DNA of 36,935 bases from a virus (Duplodnaviria; Caudoviricetes). The notes below the pieces were generated by a model that saw only the letters and a program-made list of their open reading frames with translations, was not told where the DNA came from and ran no database searches. The position numbers and the translations under genes were made by a program. Shown one piece after another: positions 23,642 through 33,752 of the stretch; position 1 is the first letter of the stretch; the number at the start of each line of letters is the position of its first letter. Location of the stretch: the IMG/VR virus record IMGVR_UViG_3300028587_000018, positions 1 through 36,935 of that record; one strand, written 5' to 3'.

Positions 23642-26600
23642 TAGACGGTCCTTTCGGTGAGGCCATCGGACGGCGAGAACTCGGACTCTATCCGCTTCTG
23701 GGTCGACGTGGCGGTTGTAGACGGACGCGCCTGGGGACGCTCCGGCTGCTGCTGGAGCATCATCTGGATGGAGGCCACCGCCTGGGGGGCCATCGATGCG
23801 TCGAGTTCCATCCCGAGCAGTAGGCCCAGGGACAGACGCTGCTGGTAGTCCAGGCGGCGAGGATGGGCGGCGATCTGCTCGACCACACGTCCCCGGAGGT
23901 CCGCCAGCAGGGCGGGGTAGACGGCACCAAGAGCCTCGACGGCCTCGGGCGTGAGACGTCCGCTGGCTGCATCCTCGAGCACGCTCGCGGGATCCTCGAC
24001 GGCGCGGAGATAGGCCGTCCACCGCGAGACCTCCGCCTCGGCCGGAGTCCATGGCGTGCGGAGCGCAGCGATGTCTCCCAGCGGGGATGCCGGCCGTGCA
24101 GGTGTCTTGCTGGCCAGGAAGGTGAGCCCCCTTTGGGCCACGCTCTGCATCTCGGAGGCGAGGCCGGGGGCATCGACACCCAGGTCCGCTACGCGCTCTG
24201 CCACGCGCTCAACAGCGCCCTCGGGGTCCGCTGCGGCCTTCTGGATCTCCTCAGCCTTCGCGAGCGCGTCCGGCGTCGCCGTGGAGCGGACGGCCTTCCG
24301 CCGGCCAGAGAGGATACCCTTCGTGGCTGCGTCGGCCCTCCTGTCGAAGTCTGCTGCCGCCTGCTCCACGCGGGAGACGGCCCCCGCCCGTCGCTGCCCC
24401 TCGGCGTCCGCATCGGGCGTGTACTGCGCCAGCCCCTCCCGCTCCGCCGTGGCCCGATACTCTTCGGACCCAGAGAGGATGTTGTGGGCAACCCAGGCTT
24501 CCCGGGGGCCCTGCTGGGCAGCCCGTTGCACCATCCCCAGCAGCGCGCCTTGAATAGCGGCGCCCCCCGGCCCCGAGGGAGGGATGGGCGGAGGAGAGCC
24601 GACCGGTGCCGCACCAGCGTCCGGGCCGCGGCGCAGCCGGTTGACGAGCGCCTGTGCAGCCTGGCGAGCGCCGGGGTTGTTGTCGTAGTCGGCCATGGCC
24701 CGAGCCATGACGAAGGGGAGATTCTCGCGGCCCCATTTGTTGAGGAGGGCGGCCCCCAGTGCCGTAGCGAGACCCACCGGGTTGAGTCCTCCGCCCGCCA
24801 CCGCCCCGGCCACGCCCGCCAGGTTGTCGGTGAGGGAGAACAGGCGGTTGGAGGGCTTGGCGTCCGCGAGCCGCTCCGTGGCGATGTTGTCGAGCTCCGC
24901 CATCTGCCCGTAGAGCGTCTTCGCCTTCTTCCATTCCTGGAACGCCGAGGCCCCGACCTTCTTGGACACCCTCTCTGCAGTCTCCTCTTGCGTGCGGTTG
25001 AGCAGGCCGCGCAACTGGCGGAGTTGGTCTCGCACCTCGTTCGGTGTGGTGGAGTCCCACCGTAGAGACTTGTCCAGGCGGCGCTTCCACTCTTCGACCG
25101 AGGCGAACGTGGCGCGACCCTGTGCTGCCTGGGGTCGGCTGTCCATGGGCGCGATGGCCTTAGGGTTGATGTGCGAGCCGCGGGGGCGGCCTGGGTTGAT
25201 GGCGGCTGCCTCATCGCTGTCGAACTCGACGCGGATCGTCTTCTGGCCCCGCGCCCGGGCGGCCGTCAGGCGGTGGTTGCCGTCTCCGAGTTCGCGGAGA
25301 CCGTCGTCTCCCTGGCCAATCTGAATGGCAGGTAGCGTCTTGCCCTCGTCCAGTCCCCGGTTGACGCTCGCAAGTCGTCCCTTCTCCCACCCGATGGAGG
25401 GGACGTCGTCGAGCTCTTCGATCGGGACCTCATAGACACCGGCCTTGCGCGGCGTGACGGGTGGCGCCTCCGGCGTGAGGCCCTGCTGGAGGGCTCGGAG
25501 TTCCCTGCGCAATCTGGCGCCAGCGCGCTGCTCGTCGACCGTCCCACGCACCAATGGGGCGATGAGTTCCTGCTCGGCCTTTGCGACGAAGGCAGCCACG
25601 TCCATCTGCTCGTCCGGGGTCACCAGCGCATCGAGTTTCGCCGCCGCGTCACGAACCTGTGCGCCGGACTCCTCGGCCTTTGTGGCAATGAGGCGAGCGG
25701 CGTCTTCCTGGTTCTTCACCGCGGCGAAGCGGGGGTCGGCGCGAAGGGCGGCCGGAGCGGACTTCTCCAGCCCCTTCTCGCGGAGAAGGTTCATCCCCTT
25801 CTTCTTCACGTCGATGCCGCGGAGGACGAATTCGTCGGCGTCCGGAAGGGTGATGTCCAAGGCGCCAAACACCCGCCGGAACACCCCGGGATTCTTCTCG
25901 ATGGCCTCCTTGACGGGCTTCGCGAGTCCGAGGGCGCTGTCCGCTAGTCCTTCCGCCGAGAATGGGCCAGCGGGAGGTGGGGGCGGGGTGCTTGCGGCAC
26001 CCGCGGGGGGCTGTGGCGGCTCGAGTGGAGGAGCAGCTCCACCCGCTGTGGTGGACGCTGGTGGCTCGGGCGTCGTTGTCGGGGGGGCGGCGGCTGAATG
26101 CTCGTCGGGCACCGCACTGGCAGCGGCTGGAACCGGCCGTCCCGCCAGCCGCTGCTCAGCCGCACCGAAGATCGCTCCCGCCCCCAGTCCGAAGAGGGCC
26201 CCCGTCGCCGTAGACGCCAGGGCTTTCTCAGCGGTGAGTGGATCCCGCTCCTGGGCGGCATCGGTGACGGCCCGGCCGAGTCCAGCCAAGCCACCCTCGA
26301 AGGCGCCCTTGGCCGCGCCGCGGGTGATGGCTCCGCCGCCAAGCCGTTCTGCTGCGGCGACACCAATCCGGGTGCCCACTCGTTCCACTACGGCGGCCGG
26401 CGCAGCGCTGCCGCCCGAGGCGAGTACCGTCGCGCCGACACCGAGCACCTCGCCGCCAATGCTAGCCTCGGGGTTGTAGTCCTCCAGCCCCCGGAGCGTC
26501 TCTGGGCGAGTGGCACCAATCTCCGTAAGGAAGGCATCGGACAGCCCGAGGGTGGCTCCGCGGGCCGCACCAGCCACACCCGCCGCGATGGGCCTGTCTT

Positions 26601-26835
26601 CGAACTCCTCGCGCTCCTGCTCCTTCTGAATCTCGGTGGCGGAGCGGTACCGAAAGCCGTTGGCGAATGCCTGGGGGGCGTCCTCGGCGGGCACCTCGCC
26701 CACCACACCCCGGGAGTCCACCACGGGGACTCGGCCCTTGGGCAGGTACGCCTTGCCGGAGCCTACGAGCGCTGTCACCTGCTCGTCCGGCACCTCAATC
26801 CACTGCCCGCTACTGGGGTCGAAAACCTGAGCCAT
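23641..26835 (-). CDS. Large ejection-type (internal virion) protein with a ParB/Srx-like insert
   Basis: 1064 aa, Gly/Ala-rich membrane-like segments, position after nozzle; PAIQI...LGDGNHRLTAARARG. Confidence 0.75.
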   Translation of the reverse strand: MAQVFDPSSGQWIEVPDEQVTALVGSGKAYLPKGRVPVVDSRGVVGEVPAEDAPQAFANGFRYRSATEIQKEQEREEFEDRPIAAGVAGAARGATLGLSDAFLTEIGATRPETLRGLEDYNPEASIGGEVLGVGATVLASGGSAAPAAVVERVGTRIGVAAAERLGGGAITRGAAKGAFEGGLAGLGRAVTDAAQERDPLTAEKALASTATGALFGLGAGAIFGAAEQRLAGRPVPAAASAVPDEHSAAAPPTTTPEPPASTTAGGAAPPLEPPQPPAGAASTPPPPPAGPFSAEGLADSALGLAKPVKEAIEKNPGVFRRVFGALDITLPDADEFVLRGIDVKKKGMNLLREKGLEKSAPAALRADPRFAAVKNQEDAARLIATKAEESGAQVRDAAAKLDALVTPDEQMDVAAFVAKAEQELIAPLVRGTVDEQRAGARLRRELRALQQGLTPEAPPVTPRKAGVYEVPIEELDDVPSIGWEKGRLASVNRGLDEGKTLPAIQIGQGDDGLRELGDGNHRLTAARARGQKTIRVEFDSDEAAAINPGRPRGSHINPKAIAPMDSRPQAAQGRATFASVEEWKRRLDKSLRWDSTTPNEVRDQLRQLRGLLNRTQEETAERVSKKVGASAFQEWKKAKTLYGQMAELDNIATERLADAKPSNRLFSLTDNLAGVAGAVAGGGLNPVGLATALGAALLNKWGRENLPFVMARAMADYDNNPGARQAAQALVNRLRRGPDAGAAPVGSPPPIPPSGPGGAAIQGALLGMVQRAAQQGPREAWVAHNILSGSEEYRATAEREGLAQYTPDADAEGQRRAGAVSRVEQAAADFDRRADAATKGILSGRRKAVRSTATPDALAKAEEIQKAAADPEGAVERVAERVADLGVDAPGLASEMQSVAQRGLTFLASKTPARPASPLGDIAALRTPWTPAEAEVSRWTAYLRAVEDPASVLEDAASGRLTPEAVEALGAVYPALLADLRGRVVEQIAAHPRRLDYQQRLSLGLLLGMELDASMAPQAVASIQMMLQQQPERPQARPSTTATSTQKRIESEFSPSDGLTERTV

Positions 26836-26870
26836 GGCCTGAGTCTACCATGACCCCATGCATCGGACCG

Positions 26871-29066
26871 TCATCGAGTCGCGGATCTCGTTTGGAGGGA
26901 CGCGACCCCGCCCCATGGCTGGCCCGTGTATGCCGTGAAGGCCTCCCCAAGATTGCGCTGGTAGGTGTTGCGCAACTGCTCCAACTTCGGCAGCAGCCGC
27001 CGGTAGGCCGTGAGGTCCCCACCAATCATCTCATTTAGGATGGCGGTGGTGTCTGCGTCCGCAGAGCCGAGACCCTCCGCCTTATTGATGGCGATGAGGA
27101 TTTGCTTCCCGAGCGTCGTCATCGTCTCCTTCGAGTCCGAGGGGAACGTCTCGCTCCCGTACTCTCGACGCATGGCAATTGCCTGATCGAGCAACCCCAG
27201 AATCTTGCCCCCGGTGAGAACGGCCTCTTGCGCCTTCTTGGCGGAATCCTCATTGAGCGCCAGCACCGCGCGGCCCTGCGAACCGGGCAGCACCACCGCC
27301 CTCTTCTTCTGCTCGGGGGTGAGGGTGGAGAAATCCACCGCCTGCCCGGACTCGGCCACCGCGCCGCGTTGGGTCTGCTGCTGCGCCTGATTGAAGCGCT
27401 GGGCTTCCAACTCGAACTGTGCCTGCTGGAGCGCCAACTGCCCGGCGCGCATCTGAAACGCCTGCTTCGCCTCCACCTCTGCTTGAGCCAAGGCCCCAAG
27501 CAGTTCCTGCTTCCGGACCTGGGCGTCCTGCCCCTTGAAGGATGCCGTCTCGCGCTCGGCCGTCTTCCGCGCCTGCTCCAGCGCGGCCTGACGGGCTGCC
27601 GCCTCCGCTAAGACCTCGTCCTGGAAGCGCTCGCGCATGGTGCCCAGGAGGAGCTTTTGCCCCTCCACCGCCTGCCCCCTCTTCTTGTCGGTGCGCTCCA
27701 GATTGAAGCGCTGGGCGGCAATGTCCTGGTCAATGAACTGCTGGATGGCACTGGGGCGCCCGGCAAACCCCGTCATGAAGGCGGATGCGAAGGCGGCAAT
27801 CTTCTGGCCGGTGCTGCGACTGTTCCACCAGCGGCTTGGGTCGATCTCGCCGGACGGCTCCGAGAGCGCCTTGACAGCGTCCGCCAACCGGCCCTCGGCG
27901 TCGAGCGTGGCTTTCTGCCGCAGCGCGGCGCGCTCTTCCTCCTGCTGCTGGCGCTGGCGCAGGGCCTGGAACTCCACGTCCTGGCGGGCCACCTCCGCCG
28001 CCGCCTTCTGCTCCTCCAGGGCCGCGCGCTCAGCGACGGCCTGACGCTGCAAGGCGAAGGCGTCGGCGAGCTCCCTCTGGCCCTGCGAGGCTCCGGCCGG
28101 AGCGAAGCGCACGGCAGCGCTCGCCGCCTGGACACCGCCTGCCGCAGGAGTGGGAATGGCAGCGTCAGCCGCGGTCAGGGAGCGCGCGGGTTGCTCCAGC
28201 GGAGGCACATTCCCACCACGGGCCGGGCTCGCGGTGAATGACGTCGTGTGCGCCCCGCCCGGAGTGCTGGTCCCGTCTGGTTGGCGCACCACCACAGCCG
28301 GATCTCCTCGGAAGCCGGAGAACTCCCTCCCACGCGTGGTAACCGCTGCCGGGGCGAAGCCGACGCCTGTGGACTGCACCAGGTCTTGAGCGGGGTTGCC
28401 CTGCACAGGCGCTGGCCGGGTGGCGAGCACCCCCTGGGCCACCTGCTCCGGCGTCCGCGCGGTGGGCGGCGTGGCCCCCAGGACGGACTGGGCAATCTGC
28501 CCCCAGATGCCGGGGCCGGAGTTCGCGGGACGCTGCGCAGCGTTCTCGCGCTCCTCCAGAGCGGTGCCCAACGCCCGTGCTTCGTCGGCGGTGATGACGC
28601 GGAGGCCCTGCCGCTCGGCCTCCTCCAGGCGCGTGAGGATGGGCTCGCCGTTGCGCTCCACGTAGACCATCCCAGGTGCCCCCGTCCCACTCCTGGCCAC
28701 CACCTGCTCGCGCGCTTCCACCCCCTCGCCCAGTCGGCGAGCCTCATCCGCCGTGATGATGCGCAGGCGCTGCCGTTCTGCGCTCTGAAGGGGAAGAAGC
28801 ACAGGCCCACCGCCCTGCTCGGCGTACACCATGCCAGAGGCGCCCGTGCCGCTGCGCTCAACCACCTGCGCACGCTGGCGCTCTGCGGCGGTCGGCCCGG
28901 CGACGGTGGCCCACTTCTCATCGCCGACGAGTTGGTAGCCCCCGGACTTCCGCATCTTGTCGGCGGTGTCGGTTTTGACCCTCCCACGAACCGTGCCGGT
29001 GTCGGAGACGTCGAGCGTTTCGAACTCGTCGGTACCAGGGATGTAGCGGAGGTATTTGTCTGCCAT
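26871..29066 (-). CDS. Ejection-type (internal virion) protein
   Basis: 731 aa, Gln/Ala coiled coils, 54-aa tandem duplication. Confidence 0.7.
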   Translation of the reverse strand: MADKYLRYIPGTDEFETLDVSDTGTVRGRVKTDTADKMRKSGGYQLVGDEKWATVAGPTAAERQRAQVVERSGTGASGMVYAEQGGGPVLLPLQSAERQRLRIITADEARRLGEGVEAREQVVARSGTGAPGMVYVERNGEPILTRLEEAERQGLRVITADEARALGTALEERENAAQRPANSGPGIWGQIAQSVLGATPPTARTPEQVAQGVLATRPAPVQGNPAQDLVQSTGVGFAPAAVTTRGREFSGFRGDPAVVVRQPDGTSTPGGAHTTSFTASPARGGNVPPLEQPARSLTAADAAIPTPAAGGVQAASAAVRFAPAGASQGQRELADAFALQRQAVAERAALEEQKAAAEVARQDVEFQALRQRQQQEEERAALRQKATLDAEGRLADAVKALSEPSGEIDPSRWWNSRSTGQKIAAFASAFMTGFAGRPSAIQQFIDQDIAAQRFNLERTDKKRGQAVEGQKLLLGTMRERFQDEVLAEAAARQAALEQARKTAERETASFKGQDAQVRKQELLGALAQAEVEAKQAFQMRAGQLALQQAQFELEAQRFNQAQQQTQRGAVAESGQAVDFSTLTPEQKKRAVVLPGSQGRAVLALNEDSAKKAQEAVLTGGKILGLLDQAIAMRREYGSETFPSDSKETMTTLGKQILIAINKAEGLGSADADTTAILNEMIGGDLTAYRRLLPKLEQLRNTYQRNLGEAFTAYTGQPWGGVASLQTRSATR

Positions 29067-29069
29067 GGG

Positions 29070-29852
29070 TCAGTTCCTCGGGATGGTTCCGCCACCGCCG
29101 ACTGTGCCGCCGGGGGCACGGGCGCCGCCAGCCCCGGCCGCGCCCCCTCCACCACCGCCAGCAGCCACCGCCGCCACCTGGCCTGCCGCGTTGATGGCAC
29201 CGATGGTGAGTCCCTGGCGGAGTGCCTGTGTCTGGTAGTACGCGTACATGCGCATCTCCTCCATCTTCATCTCGGCCTGAAGCTGGGCAGACGCCTCATC
29301 CATGCCCATCCGCATGTACTCAAGCGTGAGGTTGTCCTTCTGCCGCTGCGTCTCCTGTTGCGACTGGAGATTGGCCCCGGCGGTGTCCAGGTCCATGCCC
29401 CGGGCCTGCCCGAGCACCTGCCCGAGTTGGCCGCGAGCCTGGGTCACTTCTTCGGCTCGGAGGAGGGCGGCATCTCCAGCCATCTGCTGCCCGGCGTTGG
29501 CACGCGCGGCCAGTAGTTGCCCTGCGCCAGCGGCGGCCCCAGGGCCTCGGACAGAGTTCCCCGCTGCGACGGTGGCCGCGAGGTTTGCTTGGGTGCCCCG
29601 GCGCAACTGCTCCTGTGCGACGCTGGGTCCCTCGCCCCGAGACTGCGCGAGAAGGTCTCCGGCTAGGGCCATCTGCTGGTTGCGGAACTGGTCCGCCCGG
29701 GAGGTGTCCATGGTGGCCGCCGTCCGGGCATCCGCCTCCGCCTGTCGACGCCTACGTTCGGCCTCGCGCTCCTCCACGCCACGGTACGTGACGTCCCCCA
29801 CCTCATACTGGCCGACTCCAACGACGTCTCCGAGATCCTGGTCTTGCGCCAT
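29070..29852 (-). CDS. Small ejection-type protein
   Basis: Gln/Ala/Gly-rich, GPSVAQEQLR motif, Gly-rich hydrophobic C-terminus. Confidence 0.65.
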   Translation of the reverse strand: MAQDQDLGDVVGVGQYEVGDVTYRGVEEREAERRRRQAEADARTAATMDTSRADQFRNQQMALAGDLLAQSRGEGPSVAQEQLRRGTQANLAATVAAGNSVRGPGAAAGAGQLLAARANAGQQMAGDAALLRAEEVTQARGQLGQVLGQARGMDLDTAGANLQSQQETQRQKDNLTLEYMRMGMDEASAQLQAEMKMEEMRMYAYYQTQALRQGLTIGAINAAGQVAAVAAGGGGGGAAGAGGARAPGGTVGGGGTIPRN

Positions 29853-29855
29853 AGG

Positions 29856-32800
29856 TCACGTCCCCTGGTACTTGAGCACCTTGCGCTTGCTGGGACCGCG
29901 CTGGGCTCCAAACTCCAGTGTAAGCGAAGACAGCCCCACAAGCCCACCCGGCTGGGCTACAGCCGACTCCCGGGTGATGGTCCACTTGAAGCGCAGGGCG
30001 GTGCAGAGCTGCTTCGCCATCGTCTGGCGGATGCGGAACGTCGGGGGGCCACCCTCGGTGCTGCCTGGGAAGACTTCCTCCAACGTCTGTCCCGGTGCCG
30101 TGTCGTCGTAGTCGTAGTAGACGTCCGAGCGCACGCGGGCGGACACCTCAGTAGTACCCAGGAGGTACGCCTTCCAGACGCGCTGGAGGCCCTGCATGCC
30201 CGCCCACTTCAGCCACGCCGTCTCGGCCACGATGGGGATGGGGGTGCCCACCTCCGTGTCGAGGAAGAGGTTGTCCTTCCGGACGCCAGTCCCGTCCGCG
30301 TAGTGCACGACGTCCTCGAAAATGACGGCATCCAGGGTGGGCTGGAGCGTCCACGTGCCCCACTGGGCCCACTCCGAGGAGTAGACGAGCGTCCGGCCTC
30401 CTGCGGTGTACCAGCGGAGCTCCTTCGTGTGAGGGAGTTGGATGGCTCGGGTGAAGTCCGGCGGGGAGAAGCCAGAGGCGTACAGATCCACCGGGGCGCC
30501 CAACTTCACCGTCTCCAGCCCGCGCGTCAGGAGGTGGATGCCCGATGCCGCCGCGTACATGATGCCGTCCGGCGTCTCGACGACGCTCCCCGGCGCGCTA
30601 CACCCGACCGAGCCGGTCACGTACATCGGGTCCGTGTACGAGTTGTCCAGACCGTTGCGCAGGGGGCCGTTGCCGTAGACGGCGTAGGCGCCTCGCTCGC
30701 AGAGGATGAGCAACTTGTCATCCACCGTCGCGAGCGCCACCGCCTTGCCATGCGCGCTGGGGACCTGGATTTCTAGTTCATCCGCCCACGCCGGCCCCTC
30801 ACCCTCCGTCAGCGGCAGCGTGTACCGGACGGAGAAGGGATCATCCATGGGGATGACGAAGAGGTGGGCTTGATGCTTGTGGGCGAAGCGGTACGCCGGG
30901 GGAGGCCGGTGCCAGAGTTCCCCGCCGACGCTCCCGCCCTGCGCCCCGCCGTATGGCAGGATCTCGTTGTCCTCGATCGTGGAGTCGGCCACGCCGTCAA
31001 AGAGCGATGCGCTGTCCGCGATGATGGTGGGGGGCTGCACGAAGGCGTCGCGAGAGGACGTGGCGCGATAGAAGACGATGCCGTCAGCGAGGGTCCGGTA
31101 TAGGGCGAGGCGGACGTTGCTCTTGCGGGTGTGGTGCAGGTAGGGGACTACCAGGGTCACCCTCTGGCCGGCCGTGGCCGTCAGCGTGACAGGGACGCTC
31201 GGTGCCGACCGGTGGATGCGACCCCTCCCGTCCATCCACTCGTAGCAGACCACCCACGAGTACGTACCCGCAGACAATGCCCCGCCCCCGCCCATCGTTC
31301 CGGATACATCCTCTGGCTGGACTCGGAACCCGTCTTCCGCCCACGTCCCGACGTCGAAGAGCGCAGGGAGCGCGCCGCCCACGTGAAGTGTTGATGTCTC
31401 CTCCAGGCGCGTGAGGACATGGGGCGCGACCTGCGAGAGCGTCAGGCAGACGAGCCCAACGGCCGACACGTCCACCACCGTCCCAGAGTTCGCATCGAAC
31501 TCGATTCGGGTTCGGCGAGGCAGCAGCACAGGCACGCCCTCTGCGTAGGTCGGGCTGTGTGGTAGCAACCACGTGCCCGCGAACGGGCCGCCAGCGTCAC
31601 CGCCGAGCGCGCGCAGGGCCATCCGGCCGGGGGAGTTGTTGTCGATGGGAAGATCCACCAGGAACACCGTCGGCTGGATGCCAGCGGCGTCCGTCGTCCC
31701 CCGCTGCACATGGAATGTGGGCAGGTAGTACCGGCCATCGAGCACGAGCACCTGCCCAGCCAGCCGGAGAGCGCGAAGCCAGAGCATGTCGAGGGCAATG
31801 GTCACCGTTCCGGCAGCGTTCCACTGGACGAAGCCGATTGGAGACGTCGTGCCGATTTGCTCGACGTACGCAGTCATCACGCCGGCCGCACGCTCGACGG
31901 TGGCTAGTTTCAGCCCGCCAGCCACGCTCGCCCCGACGTTCGTGTGTGCCACGAGTGCGTGAGTCGTCGCGTTGTAGGTGTGCAACTCCAGCCGCAATGA
32001 CGAGCGGTTCGTGAAGAGCAGATAGGCGCGATCCAGGGCCGCAGACACCTTGAGCGTCAGGGTGTAGTAGTCGGACGTGGCGCCGCCTGTCGTCGGGGGC
32101 TGTGTCTGGTCAATCCCGTCGACAGCGTATCCCGTCGCCACGGACGGGTTCACCGTCCACCAGACGAGACGGACACCCGCGGCCTGTCCGTACGCAAGTA
32201 GGAACGTCCCAGTCGTACTCGGCGTCACCACGCCAACCGTGACGTCCTGGACGTCGAACTCGTACGGGAACGCTCGCGCGCCATCTACCACCATGGTCCC
32301 AACTACTTGCGCCGTCTGGAGCACGCCCGGGGAACTCGGGATGATCTTGCGGACCCACAGGTTTGCCGCGATGCCCACGCTGATGCCGTAGAAGATCAGC
32401 AGACACCCTCCGCACGCGACCACACGCGCCTGGATGCGCCACGAGTCCGCACCCGCCATGTCCGCCACGACTTCCACGGCGTCCTGGTGTCGTACGCCCG
32501 TGACGTCATCCACGACCGTGACGCGAAGGGAGCGCGCGGTATCGTTCACCTCAGACCAGAGGAATACGGTCAGCCCGAACCGCGATGCGCTGTCGAACAC
32601 CTCGCACGAGCGCGCCCGCTGGGCCACCTGCTCAACCTCGTACTCTAGGGGATTGGCGTCCACCGCGTCCGCGCGCTGCACCCACGGCGCTGCGGTGGTG
32701 CTGGCCCGGCCGTAGACGCCCGTGTCATCCCACCGGAGGAGCTCACCACCCAAGACGGAGAGAGCGTTTGCCGAGGTGAGGGAGCCGCCGCCCACCTTCC

Positions 32801-32963
32801 CGTCCGCGAGGTACTCGGAGCCCGCTCGGGAGCGAATCTCCTGTCCGTCGAAGATGGCATTCTCCAGGTTCAGCAACTTCCCGGGAATCACCTTCTTGCG
32901 GTCCGTCTTCGTGTCTACGCCGCCCTCAAAGGGCACTTCCACCGTCTGCGGCACGAGGGCCAT
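29856..32963 (-). CDS. Tail nozzle / tubular protein (P22 gp10 / T7 gp12-like)
   Basis: 1035 aa beta-rich; N-terminal FEGGVDTKTD...NLENA; VGC...SVV...G; C-terminal ETAWL. Confidence 0.75.
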   Translation of the reverse strand: MALVPQTVEVPFEGGVDTKTDRKKVIPGKLLNLENAIFDGQEIRSRAGSEYLADGKVGGGSLTSANALSVLGGELLRWDDTGVYGRASTTAAPWVQRADAVDANPLEYEVEQVAQRARSCEVFDSASRFGLTVFLWSEVNDTARSLRVTVVDDVTGVRHQDAVEVVADMAGADSWRIQARVVACGGCLLIFYGISVGIAANLWVRKIIPSSPGVLQTAQVVGTMVVDGARAFPYEFDVQDVTVGVVTPSTTGTFLLAYGQAAGVRLVWWTVNPSVATGYAVDGIDQTQPPTTGGATSDYYTLTLKVSAALDRAYLLFTNRSSLRLELHTYNATTHALVAHTNVGASVAGGLKLATVERAAGVMTAYVEQIGTTSPIGFVQWNAAGTVTIALDMLWLRALRLAGQVLVLDGRYYLPTFHVQRGTTDAAGIQPTVFLVDLPIDNNSPGRMALRALGGDAGGPFAGTWLLPHSPTYAEGVPVLLPRRTRIEFDANSGTVVDVSAVGLVCLTLSQVAPHVLTRLEETSTLHVGGALPALFDVGTWAEDGFRVQPEDVSGTMGGGGALSAGTYSWVVCYEWMDGRGRIHRSAPSVPVTLTATAGQRVTLVVPYLHHTRKSNVRLALYRTLADGIVFYRATSSRDAFVQPPTIIADSASLFDGVADSTIEDNEILPYGGAQGGSVGGELWHRPPPAYRFAHKHQAHLFVIPMDDPFSVRYTLPLTEGEGPAWADELEIQVPSAHGKAVALATVDDKLLILCERGAYAVYGNGPLRNGLDNSYTDPMYVTGSVGCSAPGSVVETPDGIMYAAASGIHLLTRGLETVKLGAPVDLYASGFSPPDFTRAIQLPHTKELRWYTAGGRTLVYSSEWAQWGTWTLQPTLDAVIFEDVVHYADGTGVRKDNLFLDTEVGTPIPIVAETAWLKWAGMQGLQRVWKAYLLGTTEVSARVRSDVYYDYDDTAPGQTLEEVFPGSTEGGPPTFRIRQTMAKQLCTALRFKWTITRESAVAQPGGLVGLSSLTLEFGAQRGPSKRKVLKYQGT

Positions 32964-32975
32964 GTTGCGTGAGTC

Positions 32976-33752
32976 CTAGGCCGAGATGACGGCCACGTTG
33001 AGAGTGTAGGGGCCGCCAGGGGGCAGGCCGAGAACGTTGCGGATGGTGAGCACCCACTGGCGCCCGTCCTTCACAGCGCTCCAGAGGGCGGAGAAGCCGC
33101 CGAGGTGCAGTCCGGAGGTGGTGACTGCATCGTCCACACGCACGAGCCCAGGCTCGCCGGGGTAGTCCGGCCCGAGGCGCAGCACCACTTGCGAGGCGAG
33201 CGGCCACTCGGGGGGCGAGCGGTTGGCCGGGGTCCAGAAGACATCCGCCGAGAAGGAGAGGTTGTTGTAGCCGCCCGTAATCCACCGGAGTGCTCCCGTG
33301 TGGCAGGTGAGGACGGCAGGGGTGTAGGTGGCGCCGACCGTGGCGTAGCAGTCGAACACCTCGCGGTCGAGAGGCTCCAGCCCAGTGGGTACAGCCACAA
33401 TGGGAGCCTGAGTCACCGGCACGCCCGCTGAGTACGTGGCCCGGCCACGCACCTCAATCCTCCCGCCGTCGTGCGTCTTGCGGTAGGCCGTCGGCGGGTC
33501 CGTCGCTCCGCCGAGGTTGGCCCAACCGGCGCCGAGCGTCCCATCCACCCAGTCGTCGGGGGCCTCCACCTCCGGCAGGATGAGGTGTCGCCCGCGCACG
33601 CTGTCGCGGTATGGGAGGTTGCTGCGCAACAGGCCCCGCTCGCCGGTGAGGGCTGAGGCGTAGGAGGCCACGTTGTCCTCCACCCGGCGGAGCATCTCGG
33701 CGGTGTTCGTCGAGGGACGAGCCCGCTGGAAGATGGGGGGCGCCATCCTCAC
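32976..33752 (-). CDS. Tail-associated structural protein
   Basis: N-terminal LRRVEDNV helix; GWAN...AYRK...IEVRG domain typical of tail proteins. Confidence 0.6.
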   Translation of the reverse strand: MRMAPPIFQRARPSTNTAEMLRRVEDNVASYASALTGERGLLRSNLPYRDSVRGRHLILPEVEAPDDWVDGTLGAGWANLGGATDPPTAYRKTHDGGRIEVRGRATYSAGVPVTQAPIVAVPTGLEPLDREVFDCYATVGATYTPAVLTCHTGALRWITGGYNNLSFSADVFWTPANRSPPEWPLASQVVLRLGPDYPGEPGLVRVDDAVTTSGLHLGGFSALWSAVKDGRQWVLTIRNVLGLPPGGPYTLNVAVISA

